Assembly: GCA_964036045.1 (NCBI GenBank)
Contig: OZ038378.1
Coordinates: 179,614,001-179,678,000, forward strand
Source of the DNA: Eutreptiella sp. 'Long Island Sound 2002'
Lineage: Eukaryota > Protista > Euglenida
Length of the DNA stretch: 64,000 nucleotides
Reading direction: 5' to 3'
Positions 46,691-59,594 of the stretch are shown piece by piece (position 1 is the first letter of the stretch; every line of letters starts with the position of its first letter). The notes beneath the pieces were generated by a model, which worked only from the letters and a program-made list of their open reading frames with translations, did no database searches and was not told the origin of the DNA. A program made the translations under genes and the position numbers.

Positions 46691-49600
46691 CAAAAGGTAG
46701 ATGGACTTGAGCCTGACATGAAATTTCGTCTATGGGGGAGCGGGACGCACCATGCGCGCACCGTGCATCTTTTTTATTAAGATAATTTACCTGGCACCAT
46801 TGTTCTGCTTTGTTGTCGCCCCATGAGGTGCTGTGTTGCTGAGCTGGTACCCCATTTCACCCTACATTCTCTGAGGACTGCATTGTACATGCTATTCCTT
46901 GGTCTAAAGCCCAGCAACACAATGTCATTGTCTTGGGTTTGCGCCGGTACCCCTGTCTCCTACAACCGCAGCAGTGGTTCCCGCTACTATTCTGGGCCCC
47001 TTGCAACGCCCTAGTGATCATCTACGCATACAATATGAGGTGAATGGGAAGGCAGTGATTCATGATGCTGCAGCACTCCGCCGCCTTGAGTTCCACATTC
47101 TGAGCCCATCCCCATCACCTCAATGTCTTCCAAACCTGAACCTGATGGTTGACGCCCCCCAGGTGGTGAGGAAGCGGACAAAATTGCTGTAGACGAATGT
47201 GTGGTGATACACCTGTGCTGATATGTTTTGTGCAATCTTCGTGCTGTCCATCCTGGACCCATCAGGAAATAGCAACAACCATCCTGAGCCCATCAGGAAA
47301 TGCTTTCCGTTTTTTTTCTGTGAGGGTCCGTTTGGGGGGTTAAAGCCGTGTAATTGTCCAAAACGGTGCGCACCGTGCGCACACCGTGCACCTGTCCCCA
47401 CAAGGGTGTGTGACCACAATGATGTCCATTACACATGCATGTCCATCATTACGCGTTAATGTGCAAACCCTTGCTCCACCTGCTCGGCCCAGTATACTAT
47501 CTTGATAAGGGATAGGGGTCAGTGGTAGGTTTGTAAGGGTTTACCTTTAGTGTTAGGGTTATGACCAGCCTTATTGCCAGGCCTGATCCTACTCTGAACC
47601 CTGGCCCTACCCTGAATCAATTCTGCCCTCACAGCATTCTCGAGTGTGCACAATGACACCTTTTGCGCTTTGAGCTCAACAAAACTTGTTATTGCCTGTG
47701 TTGCAGGCCCACAGATCTCATACTGGGGTGAGTTGCAGGGTGCTGTGCTTGCTGAACCTGCTGAAGGGGGGGACTGGCAACTCGCCACGAAAAGTGTCAC
47801 AGACAACAATAAATGGTACTAGTGAGTGCGAAACGTTCACGCAATGCATGATGCGGTAGCTAAGGCGAGCCATTGAAAAATGACTGAAGACCTGTACGTG
47901 GCAATATGCACAATGTCATTATGCGATGCCTGGCCATAGCAGTAGAATAATCAGTCCAATCAGCCCGGGTACGGAGCCAGGGTTTTCGGAAATGCAGCTT
48001 CCAGATGGGGCATTGGATGAGGACATTGATGGACAGTGCTAGCAGGCACGTATCACACCCATCATGCACTGGGAGGCATATCGCTCGCACAGTACATTTC
48101 CTCACAGCCAGCAGAATTACGGCATGCGTCTATTGCCCTTCAAGGGCAACCAAGAGACCCTGTATTGAATGGGATCAAAATTTTGGCAGCACCGAATGAC
48201 CCATTTTTTCGCTCACAGATCATGATGGCAAATGGGTCTGTTCTCATAGGGGTAAAGGGAGAACAGTGGCATACGTCAACCTCAGCATTGCACAGTATCG
48301 CTTCATGGTCCACCAGGGTCATTGCCTCAGACAGGTTCGAATGGCTGGGGACTCAAGAAAAAGGAATGAGGTGAGTTTCCAGATGCTGTGCAACCTGCCC
48401 GGCACCAGTCCTTCCGCACACTCCTTATCTGGAGGTCTTGGTGCCAAGCTGCCCGATTATCAATGGTTGTACTAGTTCTTGTGTACCTTCCAAGTCAATG
48501 TATCAAAGTCTGGTGTGGTTCACTGCAACCCCGCAAAACTGGGCCCAATGGGACAGCGAGAAAGTCATGAAAGCATGCACACTTTTCACTTGCACGAATT
48601 GTCCCTTGCCCCCCCCGCCCCCAAAAACAAAACGAAACCGCACCGTACCTGGGGGAGTGAGGGGTCACAGTTGGCCCAAAAAGAAATACAATCTAACCCA
48701 CGCACCCAGCCCTTGACCCCCAGCCCCCCCCCCCGTCGCCACAGCTTTCCTATCCTGCAACAATGCAGTGTGTAAGCCAGGTGCCTGCATTGGTGTAGTA
48801 TGTGAATGGGCTGGGTGCGGTGGTGCAGTGTGTAATGCAGTATGAAATCCAGTTCCCTGCATTGGTGCAGTATCTGATTGAGCTACGATGCAGTATGTGA
48901 TCTCCTGCACTTATGTAATGTGTGATTGGGTTACCTGAATTGCTTGCCTTAGCCCATGACCTGCGTACTCCGCAGCAGGATTCCCTCCCTGACTTGTCAC
49001 CGTGTTTAAACCATCACTGCTCCAAACACACTTGTGCAGTACATGCGCTCCACTGGTGACACTGTTATAGGATGCATTGTTGGGCCTTCAGCATATGGTC
49101 ATGAGTCCGGCACATCAACTACATGTGGGGTCCTGTTGCTATCATGACAAGGCCCCATTGTCTTGCTTATCCATGCTTCTGTGTTGTTCACCTGATTCCC
49201 TAAGTGCATCGGAGCATTCTATGGTGGCTCGTTCTGGGGATGTTTGCCCCCGCATGCACGCAGGCAACCATTGCCTCAGGGACTGATTGCGGTGCATCTT
49301 GGGCAGCTTGCAATAGCGTAGCACTGGCATCACCGCTCCTGCACGGATCAACAGTTCGGCAGACTTTTCGCGACTTTGGAGGCACAGTTCATCCATGTCC
49401 TTGTTTAGCCCATGCCATACTTGCGGCCTAGCCCCATTTGGCGCTCAGGGACAGCACTGGGTTGTTTAAGGATGAGAAAGGAAGGACAAGAGCACGGTGC
49501 GCTCTAAGGCGCCCGCCAGCCCATACGTCCAGTCTCGCTTCCAGGCCCAATACGGAGTATGCCATTTCAGGCGTGACATCTGTGGGGTGCGTTTAGGGTG

Positions 49601-51380
49601 GTTTCTAGTGTAATTATGGACGATTTAAGGTGTGCTGTGTTCTCGTTGCCCATTCTCTGCTACACTCCTCTGTCCAGCAGGAGCGGGAGGGGGCGAGGGG
49701 GGATGGAAAGGACTGATGTCCGTGCGGATGCAGAGGCATGATTGGTACTTGCTATTTCTGCGATCACAGTGGCAGGGTTTGCGACATGATTCTTGACTGG
49801 GTTGAGGGCAAGGTTTACAAACATGATGCAATCAACCACCTGATGTTTGCTGCAGTCTGAATTTTGTACATAGTCATGCATGAGAGACACCCTGTGCTGC
49901 ATATCACCAATGAAGCATCATGTCTGATCAAATTGCATACATAATTACACAATACAGAATTGCATACTGGGTTCATTTTGCAGCTGTTCTGGCTGTCAGT
50001 GTTCCTGTGTGTATATGTGTGTATAGTATCGGAAGACAAGGGCTCTGCAGCACCTCTATGTAACGATGGATGCCTGCCCTAACAGATAATATATGATCCT
50101 GAAACTCTGAAAATTCCAGTATGTGCATACCATGTGCCATGTAGGCAGGGTCCACCGTCCCGCCCTTTCTGAACGCGCACCATTGATAAATGGTAGCCTT
50201 TGCTAGCCACGCCTTGTTCCTCACACCCTTGGCATACAGTACACATTTACGAAAACGAAGTTCGCGCTGAATGACAAAATGCTTGCTTTGCAGTGAGGTG
50301 TTAGCCGCTTGTGTCATGGTTCCAACGGCTGGTTGATATGGGTGGGCTGGAGGAGTGTGCGAGGAGCTAGATAATTGCAGGTCCTCAGCTGTGGCAGCCT
50401 GGCTCCTGTGTGTCTATGACGTGCAGTTTACATTCATTTGTATGCAGCTTGTCTGTTTTTATGCTCTTTCCTCAAAAGTTTTGTCCCTGAGAAGCGATTG
50501 TGGCCCCGGACTTGGGCACAGAACATAATGTGTGACCCAGTGGAACACACAAGAACCTGTGGGAACAAATCACGGGGGGGGGGCTTACCTGTGAGGCCTG
50601 ATACCCCCCCCCCCCCCACACCCCCACCCCCTCTGGACCCCCCAACCCATACTAGTTAGCGCTTGCTTAGAACTGACATTTTGGGCGCCAGCGGCGCCTG
50701 GAAAATTTTTTGAGACTCGAAAAATTGCAACACACTTGATTTCCCGCCACTTGTTTACATTCAAAATGCTCACAATGAGTTAGGGAATGCTGTGCTACGT
50801 GTCCTCTTCTGCTGGCCGATAAGCCTTTGCTGATTCGCAGGTACATCTGTTGGAATATGGTACTGTTTTTCATTTGTTGTGAGGGGTAAAACCAAATTTA
50901 ACCCCACTTGTGTATATTCAAAATGCTCAGAATGAAATGGGGAATTCAAAAATGCCCCCAAAACGGAGAAAATTTTTCAGCCCCCCCCCCCCCCTCCCGG
51001 ACCCCCGCCCACGCCGCGGAGGTTGGTGTCTAGAACTGAACTGCAGACCCCCCCCCCCCCTTGGAACAAATGCTATAACACTACAAAACACAAGGACAGA
51101 AAAGCGATGAGGTCAGTGGGGCTCATCAGGATGTAGAGCGGCGGCATTAAGGGGGCATCTTTGCACTGCCCGGGCATAGCGCCAATTATTATGTTGTTTA
51201 TCCCGGGAACACCCCTGAAAGCCACCCACTTACAGAAGCATGCACGATCAATTCAAAACAGCATGGGGTGCAGAATTCAGGATGCTGGGACCCGTGGCAA
51301 GCATCAGTCTGAGAAAAAAAAATCGGTGGTGTACCAGCAGGGGGCGTAGGGTGCAGAATTCCGGACCCTGGGACCCATGG

Positions 51381-52751
51381 CTACGCGTGATGGAAAACAG
51401 CCCACTTTTCGTATTGTGACTCAATGAGCGCACGCAACTCACGCGAGGATACCTGAACTGAACCTATACAAGTAGTCATTCGTTCATGTAATTTTTTTTG
51501 AGTTCGCGAGATTTCATCCTTCACACGCTCAATTGCTTCCAAACGATCTACAAACAATTTCAAAGATCCATGATCTCCATTAACCATTTCAAGACCATGC
51601 GATATGGACGAAAGGTGTTGGTCATACGACTCAACTAAGCGATGAACTTGCGAAAAATTAGTGGCTGTTTTTTTAGCATCTTGGGACACGCGGCGCTCAA
51701 GCGAAGCAACACGGCTAAGGAGACCTTCATACCTGCGTGTTACCACGAGGCGTTCGGCTTCCATTCGCTAATGCACTTGCCGTTGCAACTTCGCCTCATC
51801 CTCAAGTTTGGCAACCTTAGAAACAAGAGATTGAAAAGCAGGGTTGGATTCAATTTGGTTTTGATTATGTACATCGTGCAAAACCGGAAATATCTCTTGC
51901 TTGTGCAATTCAAACGCTTGCATACATTCATTGCATACATTCTCACTGTCGCCCTTAATGACGTTCGAGAATTCTCTCACCTTGTCCAAATTCCAATATT
52001 GATGGTATTGCAAATACTCTCCTACAAAATCCGGAGTGACCAATTGGGCACCACGAAGCGACGCAATGTCGGCTTGCATATTGTATGCCGATTCAAACGC
52101 CGCCTTCAAGCTTTCGCCCATTGCGTGATGCAACTTATCAACACGATTATTCAATGTAAGCACATTGTTAGCGGACGCTAAATTAGCAAATTGGGAACGA
52201 ATATTGCCGATGGACTCTTCGCCTTTATGAGCACTCGCCGCTCCCTCAACGACATGCTTGATGGTTTGATCAAGAGAATGGACAAGCTCTTCGAATTCGT
52301 CAACGACCTCACGAAGACTATTCACGGCAGCGGCGCTGATCTCCAAATGGTGGCTTTGATCCGAATAACGCCGTGGATCACGTGAACGCTCATGTTCAAT
52401 TCGTTCAATTTGTTCAATGCGATCAACCACAAACCTATCACGTTCCTCTATGCGAGTTGCGACCGCTTGTTTCAATCGTTTGATTTTGTTGGCCGTCTCA
52501 ACCCGTTGGGAAGCTTGCAAGCCACGAAGCACGGCATCAATTTCGGTACGTGTGATAGGCGAGTCTTGTGGTTGTTGAACATGTGATTGGTTTTGCACGG
52601 CCGCCATTTTCTCAAATTTATCGACGACCGAACGAACATTTGATGGTTCACCCTTGTCATAGTGAATGACATCTTCGTAGTCTTGCTCAAAATTCACCAT
52701 CCCGTCATTATCAAAGAAACCATCCGGCAATTTAGTGTGAACTTCACTCAT
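51381..52751 (-). pseudogene. Coiled-coil ORF of about 455 aa (gag/ORF1-like) with one in-frame TAG
   Basis: ORFs 52751-51768 and 51764-51381 are in the same frame (…QRQVH TAG CGA ATG EAERL…). Heptad-rich, intronless, and its codon usage differs from the GC3-rich host exons. The gag assignment is inference. Confidence 0.6.
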
Positions 52752-53282
52752 TTGCTCATCGGCAGGACCATAACCGCTACCATGTTTTAGGACTCTTGTT
52801 GTTGATTCCTTTTGATCCTATGTTTGTTTGATGTCCATTTTCTCAACTCAACCCAAAGGCACAAGATCCTTGGTAATGCTCCCAATGATTGTTTGATTGG
52901 AAATCTACTTGGTTCAACGATAACGCGATCACAATGAAAGCCACACAGCAAAGGCAATGGAACAACACCTTAGAAACTCTGGATATCCATTACGAAAGTT
53001 TTACAAGACCCCGAGCAGTTCGGAAACATAAAACGATATACTGGCGATCAATCTTAGTTAACCTCAATGACAAATACGACAATTCTTTAATGCAATGCAA
53101 ACCTTTTCAATTTGTATCATTCGTTTTATTATTTAATCTCTTGAAGTTCTGGCGACTGTGGGACTGTCGTGTGATGGCGACTGCGATCTGAATTGCATTC
53201 GGCAACGGGGCCATTGGTGAAATAGGTCACCATGTAAGTGGTGCCTTCATACACCCCACCATGTACGGGTACAGGAACGTTT

Positions 53283-53657
53283 TAATTTAGTCAGTATGTC
53301 CTTCAGATATGCGAACATGGAGATAATAGCCAACCTGCCGTTCTTGATCCCCTTATTTTGCAAATTAGCAAACACATCAGGATCATCGGCCAATCCTGCA
53401 GGTTCGAAGCTGCCACCAGGCTAGATGGTACCCATTGCCTTGATCAGAGGTCCTCCGCCCACACGGTAGGCCTGGATAGCTCCCATCACGATCACTGCAA
53501 ATCAGCAAACACATCAGGATCGTCGACCCGTCCCGCAGGTTCAAAGCTGCCACCAGAGCAGATGGTATCCATTGCCTTACCCAGCAGTCCTCCGCCAACA
53601 TGGTAGGCCTCGGTGGTTCCCATCAAGATCACCTGGCATGTCAACACAGCAAGGTTG
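53283..53657 (-). pseudogene. Lhcbm: Light-harvesting chlorophyll a/b-binding protein (LHCII) fragment, two partial units fused
   Basis: [55 protein letters not shown], frameshift, [62 protein letters not shown]. This matches LHCII [58 protein letters not shown]. Not visible in the supplied ORF track. Confidence 0.92.
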
Positions 53658-53984
53658 GATTTATTTGCCGCGGGTAAGAGGAAACATGAATGACAAGGTT
53701 CGCAGCCGCACAGCGCGGTGGCTGTCGGTCAAGTTACTGTGGCGAATTATGAACTTCGCCAGACCGGGTCCATGATCATCACAAAGTTTCTGTTTTGATG
53801 CGGAATTTCCCATTTCAAATTCCAAACCTCACTTTCAATCAAAAGTAACACAACCACAACCCCACTCTAATGGGTTCCTAAGAGGGTTGTACTATTCATT
53901 GTTCACAACTCTTTGATTTTGGATGATGTAATTTTCGGGATCCATGACGGGCATGCATGTCATGCATGATTCGGCCGGGTGTGA

Positions 53985-54441
53985 GTGAGGGAGCAAGAGG
54001 TGGTGAGTGATAGTGAGAGTGACAATAGCAGCGGCCTTTCTGAGGAAGAGATCCCTGAGGAAGGTGAGGATGAGGTCTCATGTTGAGGTTCGAAAAAGGC
54101 AGAGGATAGGGCTAGCTCTGGTAGTTCAAGTGCTGAAGACCAAGCAGCTGATTTTCTGATTGATTCCAAGGGCTATTTCCTCTGCTTGGACACTGATTCC
54201 TATGTGCCCTGATTTCTAGACTGTGCAGTCCAAAGCCCAAGCCATGAAAGAGGTGAAAAAACTGAACTACCGCCTGGTTTATAAATATGACAGTAGCATG
54301 TAGTGCATTGCGTTTCTGAAGAAGTATGGGCCGGGGTACTACACAGTGCACTATGATGTGGATGGTGTGCAGTGCTACCATCAGCTTGATTCTTCGAGCT
54401 ATGGCACTGACAGAACTTGGATTTTTGTCATGAAAGAATGA
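53985..54441 (+). pseudogene. Decayed 3' end of an unidentified gene (acidic linker and small aromatic-rich C-terminal domain)
   Basis: EQEVVSDSESDNSSGLSEEEIPEEGEDE...; after a frameshift near 54210, YYTVHYDVDGVQCYHQLDSSSYGTDRTWIFVMKE*. Several stops. Confidence 0.4.
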
Positions 54442-56672
54442 GCGGGTTCTCAATTTTCGGTGCTATTTATTTTCTTGCTCAATGCAGGGTGTGTAGGCAG
54501 GTGTGCATGGATAGAACTTCACATAACTTCAGCTGCAAACAGTGATGCCGCTTTTTCAGAAAGAATTTTATAAACGTTTTTTTTTTATCGCAGGGTCTAG
54601 GAAAACACAGGGCAAGTATTGGACACCAATTGCAAACAGTGATGTTGTTTTTTCAGGAAAAAATTGTAAAAGGTTTTGTAATGGCAGGGTTTCTCCAAAA
54701 CAAGGCAAATGTTTTAGACGCCAAAGCTCCAAAGTTGGGAATTAGGAATCATGGGGGGAAGTCCAGCTTGCCAATTCCTTAGGCGGCAGGCAGGGATTTC
54801 CAGCCTAGGTTCCTAAGAAATAGTTTCCTTCTACGGTGGTCGGACCTATACCACACATACTACCCTCGAGGGTGTCTATGGACCCTAAGGGACCTTTGTT
54901 TGTACTTGAACTACTTTGTATGATTGTTCCTACGTCTTCATGCATTTGTATCCCCTTATGGTGGTACCCATGTATGCAACATGTATATCCGGACTTGTAG
55001 TATATACCTAGGCCTAGAGCAAGCCCCAAGCAGGAAAGGAGAGATTAGAGATGAATAGAGGAGGGGCGCCTGGCGGCAAGCCTAGGAAGCATGTGGTGCT
55101 TTCTAGGTGACTCCTAACTTGGCGTATTTGGTCTACCAAGGTATAGTTGTAGAATGAGAGTGGAAGCGAAATGCTGAGTGTACATGAGTGCAAACATGAT
55201 CCTGTTTTATCGTCCCTGGAGGACCACGATTTCATGAGGCCATTACTTTCCTATTGTCTTTGAGGGTGCACAATCAATCTAACGATGATGGCATGAGTCA
55301 TTCCATATTCCAATATTCCAGTTCGTAAAGATGTTGACAGCATGATTGGCTAGATTGTAGTGTTTTGTCCGGCATGTGCACCATTCTCGAAGAAATCATG
55401 CTTGTCTTTAAGAAGCATTCTTCAAAACCTTTGGAAAGATGCTCATCTTCATTCTTTTCCGCGAAATGAGAGTGTATTTTGAACCTTTTTGCGTTGTCAG
55501 ATTAACATTTTGAACAACTACCGGTGGTAAAGGAGTTGTGTAAAAAAACTTTTTCCAAGGCTGCTGGAAAGTGTGTATAGTTTTTAACTGTACACCGTTA
55601 GTTCCAACCGACCTTCTACCAGTTTTTGGGCCTACATCAATGGTGTTTCACATCCAGTAGCATTCTCTCTAGGTTTATTAGGGCACTTGCGTTTGTGGAC
55701 CATAGCAAAGAGGGCACTCTTCCCAAAAACACCTATAGAGCAAAGTACAAAATTATTTTGCACTAAGTTGCATGTTGTCAGGTCTGACAGACCGGCGTAT
55801 CTAAAGAAAGTGGGGCAGAGTGCAAAAGGCCTCAAGGTCTTAAGACAATTATATTCTGGTCTAGCCATCTTCTTGTCGCATTAGCCAACCACCTTTTCAT
55901 GATTTTTTCGGATTGCTCACAGCAAGGTTATTCTCCAAAATTGGTTTATAGACTAAAAAGATGTATTATGCGCTCCATTCTGAACAATGAAACAATGAAT
56001 TGATATCCGGAATCCGTTAAAAATTGGTCAAACGGGTAAAGGGCACCCCTCAAGTCACCCCAGTTATGGGGTTTCTTCCCAAGCACAAAAATAGTTTTTT
56101 CGGGGTCGGTTTTGCGGTCCGTTGTGCAAAAAAAACATGCCGCGCTTTAGGAAGCCTAAGTTGTCCTTTCCCTTGGAGGCGGTGGGGACGTTTGTTTCTA
56201 CCTTTGCTTCGTTGTGTAAGGCAGAGGGGACCTTCCCTTACTTTTTTTTTAACTCCCTTCGTGGCAGACAAAGGGGACCTTCCATGTGCTACACTTATGG
56301 GTGCCTGTTGTTGTACTTTTGCAGCCCACACGTGCTCTTGGCAGCTACTGCTGTCAATAGACCTCTCCATAAGCATGAAGAGCTTGAACTTTGCTGCAAA
56401 AACTCCCTACGCCCCAGCGGCCCTCGTAGCCCTAATTGTCGGGGCAGTCATGTCATGCGTGCGGTTGGGAGAGTTTGGCACAAGGCCTTGGTGTTGGTTC
56501 GTCGGCGCCTTGTGGCCCCTCCCCTCTGTGTCCGGATCTTGACTCCTAAAGATCCACCAAGCTGCTGGCGGAAGGGTGTGTCTTTTCTCACCGTGTGTGC
56601 AGCCACGGTGTGCAGGGCAAGCGCTTTTCGCTCAAGGAAAACGATTGAATGCTCAAACCATGATTGTTGTTG

Positions 56673-59273
56673 CACCTATGATTTTAGCAGCTGTTTTTTC
56701 CCAAAATTCAAAAAGTCAGCAAAAGGCAGATTTTCGCGGAAAATGACCTACTTTTTTGATTTCTACGGCCCCAAAATAGGGGGGGGGGCTTTCCTCCTAC
56801 CCGGCTTTTGTCCAAAAATATCAAAAACCCTGAAATTTGGCCTATTTTGGGGTATTTTTGCCTGCTCTGGGCTGGTCCTGCAGAACAGTGCTGCACACCA
56901 GTGTACCTGCCTATAGAGGATTTTCGACAGAAATTGCCCTTTTGTTGGGATTCTCTTGCCCCAAAATACGGATGGGGGGGGTTCTTCCCACCCGAGCTTT
57001 CTCCTAAACCATCAAAAACCCTGGAACTCGGCCTATTTTGGAGTACTTTTGTCTGTTGTGGGGTGGTGCTACAGAACAGTGCTGCACACCAGCGTACCTG
57101 TATCCTATAGTATAGGCACAAAAATACCATGAAAAGAGGTTTTGTACCCAAAAAGACCAAAGGAAACCTTTTTTCTTTTATTCTGCACGCTCAAAATAGG
57201 AGAGGGGGGTTCCTCCTACCCGATTGTTCTCCAAAAATACACTGTTTTTGGCCAAAAATTGGCAATTTTTGGCCATTTTTGGACTAAAACTGTTTTTTTT
57301 CTGTGCTGACGGCCCTGCAACACCCAATAGGTTGCTCCAATACAATTCCAAACAGATTTCACTGGATTGGGCACCCTAAGAATAGGGTATGGGGCCCTAA
57401 AACTCACGACCCCGGCTAAAAAAACACTATTTTCGGCAAAAAATTGGCAATTTTTGGCCATTTTTGGGCGAAAACTGTTTTTTTTTGTCCTGACGATCCT
57501 ACAAAACGTTCGTGCATTCAAATCCAAGGAACCACCAACGGTAATGAAAACAAAGGACAATCGCAACAAGCCGCACCACTCTGAGCATCTGAGCATCTGG
57601 TTCTCTCAATCAGTTCAACATCGCACAAAGTGCATAATGAACACAGAGCTCAGGCATCTGCACTTCCAGAGATATGATCCTGCCGTATTCACAAACACGG
57701 CAATAAATTTAAATCACCAAACTCTAAACAGCACAAAGTTCTTTTTTGGGAGAGGGAAAAAAACAAAAGACATATATGCAGGCGCTGCTAATAGGGCCGG
57801 TACATTGGAAAACCAAAGGGCTGCATGCTGCTCATCGTCGAACAAAGCTGCTGCATGGGCTGCATGGGCATTTGGAGCTGGTGCATGTTCATGGCTGGCA
57901 TTGGCATGGCCATGGGCATGGCAACTGGCATGTTCATTTGCAAAGGACCCATATGCTGCTGCTGCTGCTGCTGCTGCTGGGCCTGCTGGTGCATCTGCTG
58001 GTGCTGCTGCTGCTGCTGCACTTGGGTCTGCATCTGCATCTGCAGCTGCAACTGCTGCTGCTGCTGCTGCTGCTGCTGCCGCTGCTGCTGCTGCTGCTGC
58101 TGCTCCTGCTGAAACACCTGCCCAGGGGGGTTCGGAGACACCTGTTGAGACACTTGAGACACCTGCTGAGACATGTGCTATCCTGACTCCCGTTTAACCC
58201 TTCCTTTTTTTCGGCTATTTTCACTGTTTTCACCTTGCCCGCGTTTGCGCTTCAGGGGGTTTGTTCGGTTGTTTTGTTGTTGGGTTGTTTGTTGCAGTGC
58301 AGCCAAGAGCCGCTGAACAAGGTCAGCCTCTTGTTTTACCGTCCCACTGCCCGTCTCTTCCTTCTTTGGCTGTTTGCTTGGTGGGCTGTTGTTTTTATGG
58401 CCTTTTGGTTTTGGTTTTGGTTTCGGTTTTGGTTTCGGTTTTGGTGGTGGCTTTGCGGTCGAATTCCGTTTCGGGTTCGGTTTGGGTTTCCCATTGGTAG
58501 TGACAGATTCCTTCTTCACCGCTGTGGTACTGAGGTTTGTGATCTGAAAAGGTGCAGAATAGGGCCAAAAACACCTCAAATGTTCATCTTTCATCCCATT
58601 CTTATGCACATACTATCATATTTTATGTAGTTCTTATCATTCAAATGCATACAATACCAACCCAAGCCCCAAACATGTGTGTGGACGGTGATAGGTGATC
58701 AAAACCCTACCTATGAACCATATGGATATTGGGCCCCATGGTGCATGAGAAAGGGATGAATAGCCTAGAAAAAAGGCAAAACATCGCTTGTCATGTAGGC
58801 TTCTACCAATGGTGATGACAATTTGTTCATATATCACCTCTATACCACCTCTTACAGCCCTGTAAGGCCCTCTATATGGCCTCCATAGACCCTAAAACCA
58901 TGTAAAAAAGTGGTTTTTGGGTAGAGAAGCGTGAATTTCTCCAAATCTGTGCCTGCCAATCTGGATTTTTTTAGGTCAGCAGCAAGGTATTTATCTCGGG
59001 AACACGCTCATGCCTTTACTTTGCTTCCAACTGCGAAAAAAAGTGGACTTTTTGGCGATTTTCTATTGCGCACGGCGGTCGGGAATCTGAAACTCGCGTA
59101 CGCGGCAGTTGCTGACAGTTTATCTGCGGCTCCAGCTTCAGCGACAGCATAATTTTAATAAAAATTTGAGAAAACAAAAAAACAACAGTACTACTGTGTA
59201 CAGTTTGATATCGCGGTTCTGAAAATGCATGATTTTGAATTTTGGGAAAAAACAGCTGCTAAAATCATAGGTG
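56673..59273. mobile_element. 2601-bp non-autonomous DNA transposon with perfect 41-bp TIRs (CMC/Chapaev-like)
   Basis: cacctatgattttagcagctgttttttcccaaaattcaaaa (56673-56713) and its exact reverse complement (59233-59273). Flanks GTTG and GTAG may be a 4-bp TSD with one mismatch. Subterminal direct repeats at about 56779-56915 / 56974-57110 and 57245-57320 / 57430-57505. Confidence 0.85.
57788..58543 (-). pseudogene. Low-complexity Lys/Pro-rich, basic and polyQ/Met-rich exon inside the TIR element
   Basis: Acceptor ctgcaccttttcag at 58546-58544. ITNLSTTAVKKE...(KP)n...LKRKRG...RKKGRVKRESG, TAG at 58180-58178, then in frame HMSQQVSQ...(Q)n...PFGFPMYRPY*. Confidence 0.65.
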
Positions 59274-59594
59274 GTAGGATGGCGTGATTGTGTGTGAAAT
59301 TTGCCAGCTTGTCTGAAGCAACATGAGAAAGGAGCAACAAAAATGTACACCGGAACAACAACATTGCAATACAGTGACAGAAGGTCTATCCGTTGAAGCC
59401 TGATGACCAAGCTACGGTGAGTGCTTTGCCTGGTGCAGGCCCGGCGCATGTGTTTGTGCAAGTGTGCGAGATATTGGTCCACGCTTGAAGCAAATGAAAG
59501 CAGACTACATACTTGATTTCAGCGCACACCAACATGAGCTGGCGTAACCTGGCAACTTTACAATACTCGAGATAACTTCTCGGAATCAAGGTCC

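Noticed and set aside
49142-49396. Ankyrin- or armadillo-like SAELLIRAGAV peptide
   Set aside because: A single short match without the flanking consensus or splice signals.
55230-55870. Decayed AT-rich ORF on the minus strand (WCTCRTKHYNLANH)
   Set aside because: Two frames look equally protein-like and both contain many stops, so no frame or family can be supported.
51768-58180. Reassignment of TAG to glutamine
   Set aside because: The intact GH3 gene ends at TAG exactly where the family ends. The internal TAGs occur only in repeat-borne ORFs that mostly also carry frameshifts or other stops. C-to-T decay is the simpler explanation.
57367-58233. Overlapping poly-Ala, poly-Cys, poly-Leu and poly-Ser ORFs
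   Set aside because: They are shadow frames of the (CAG)n tract of the minus-strand polyQ exon.
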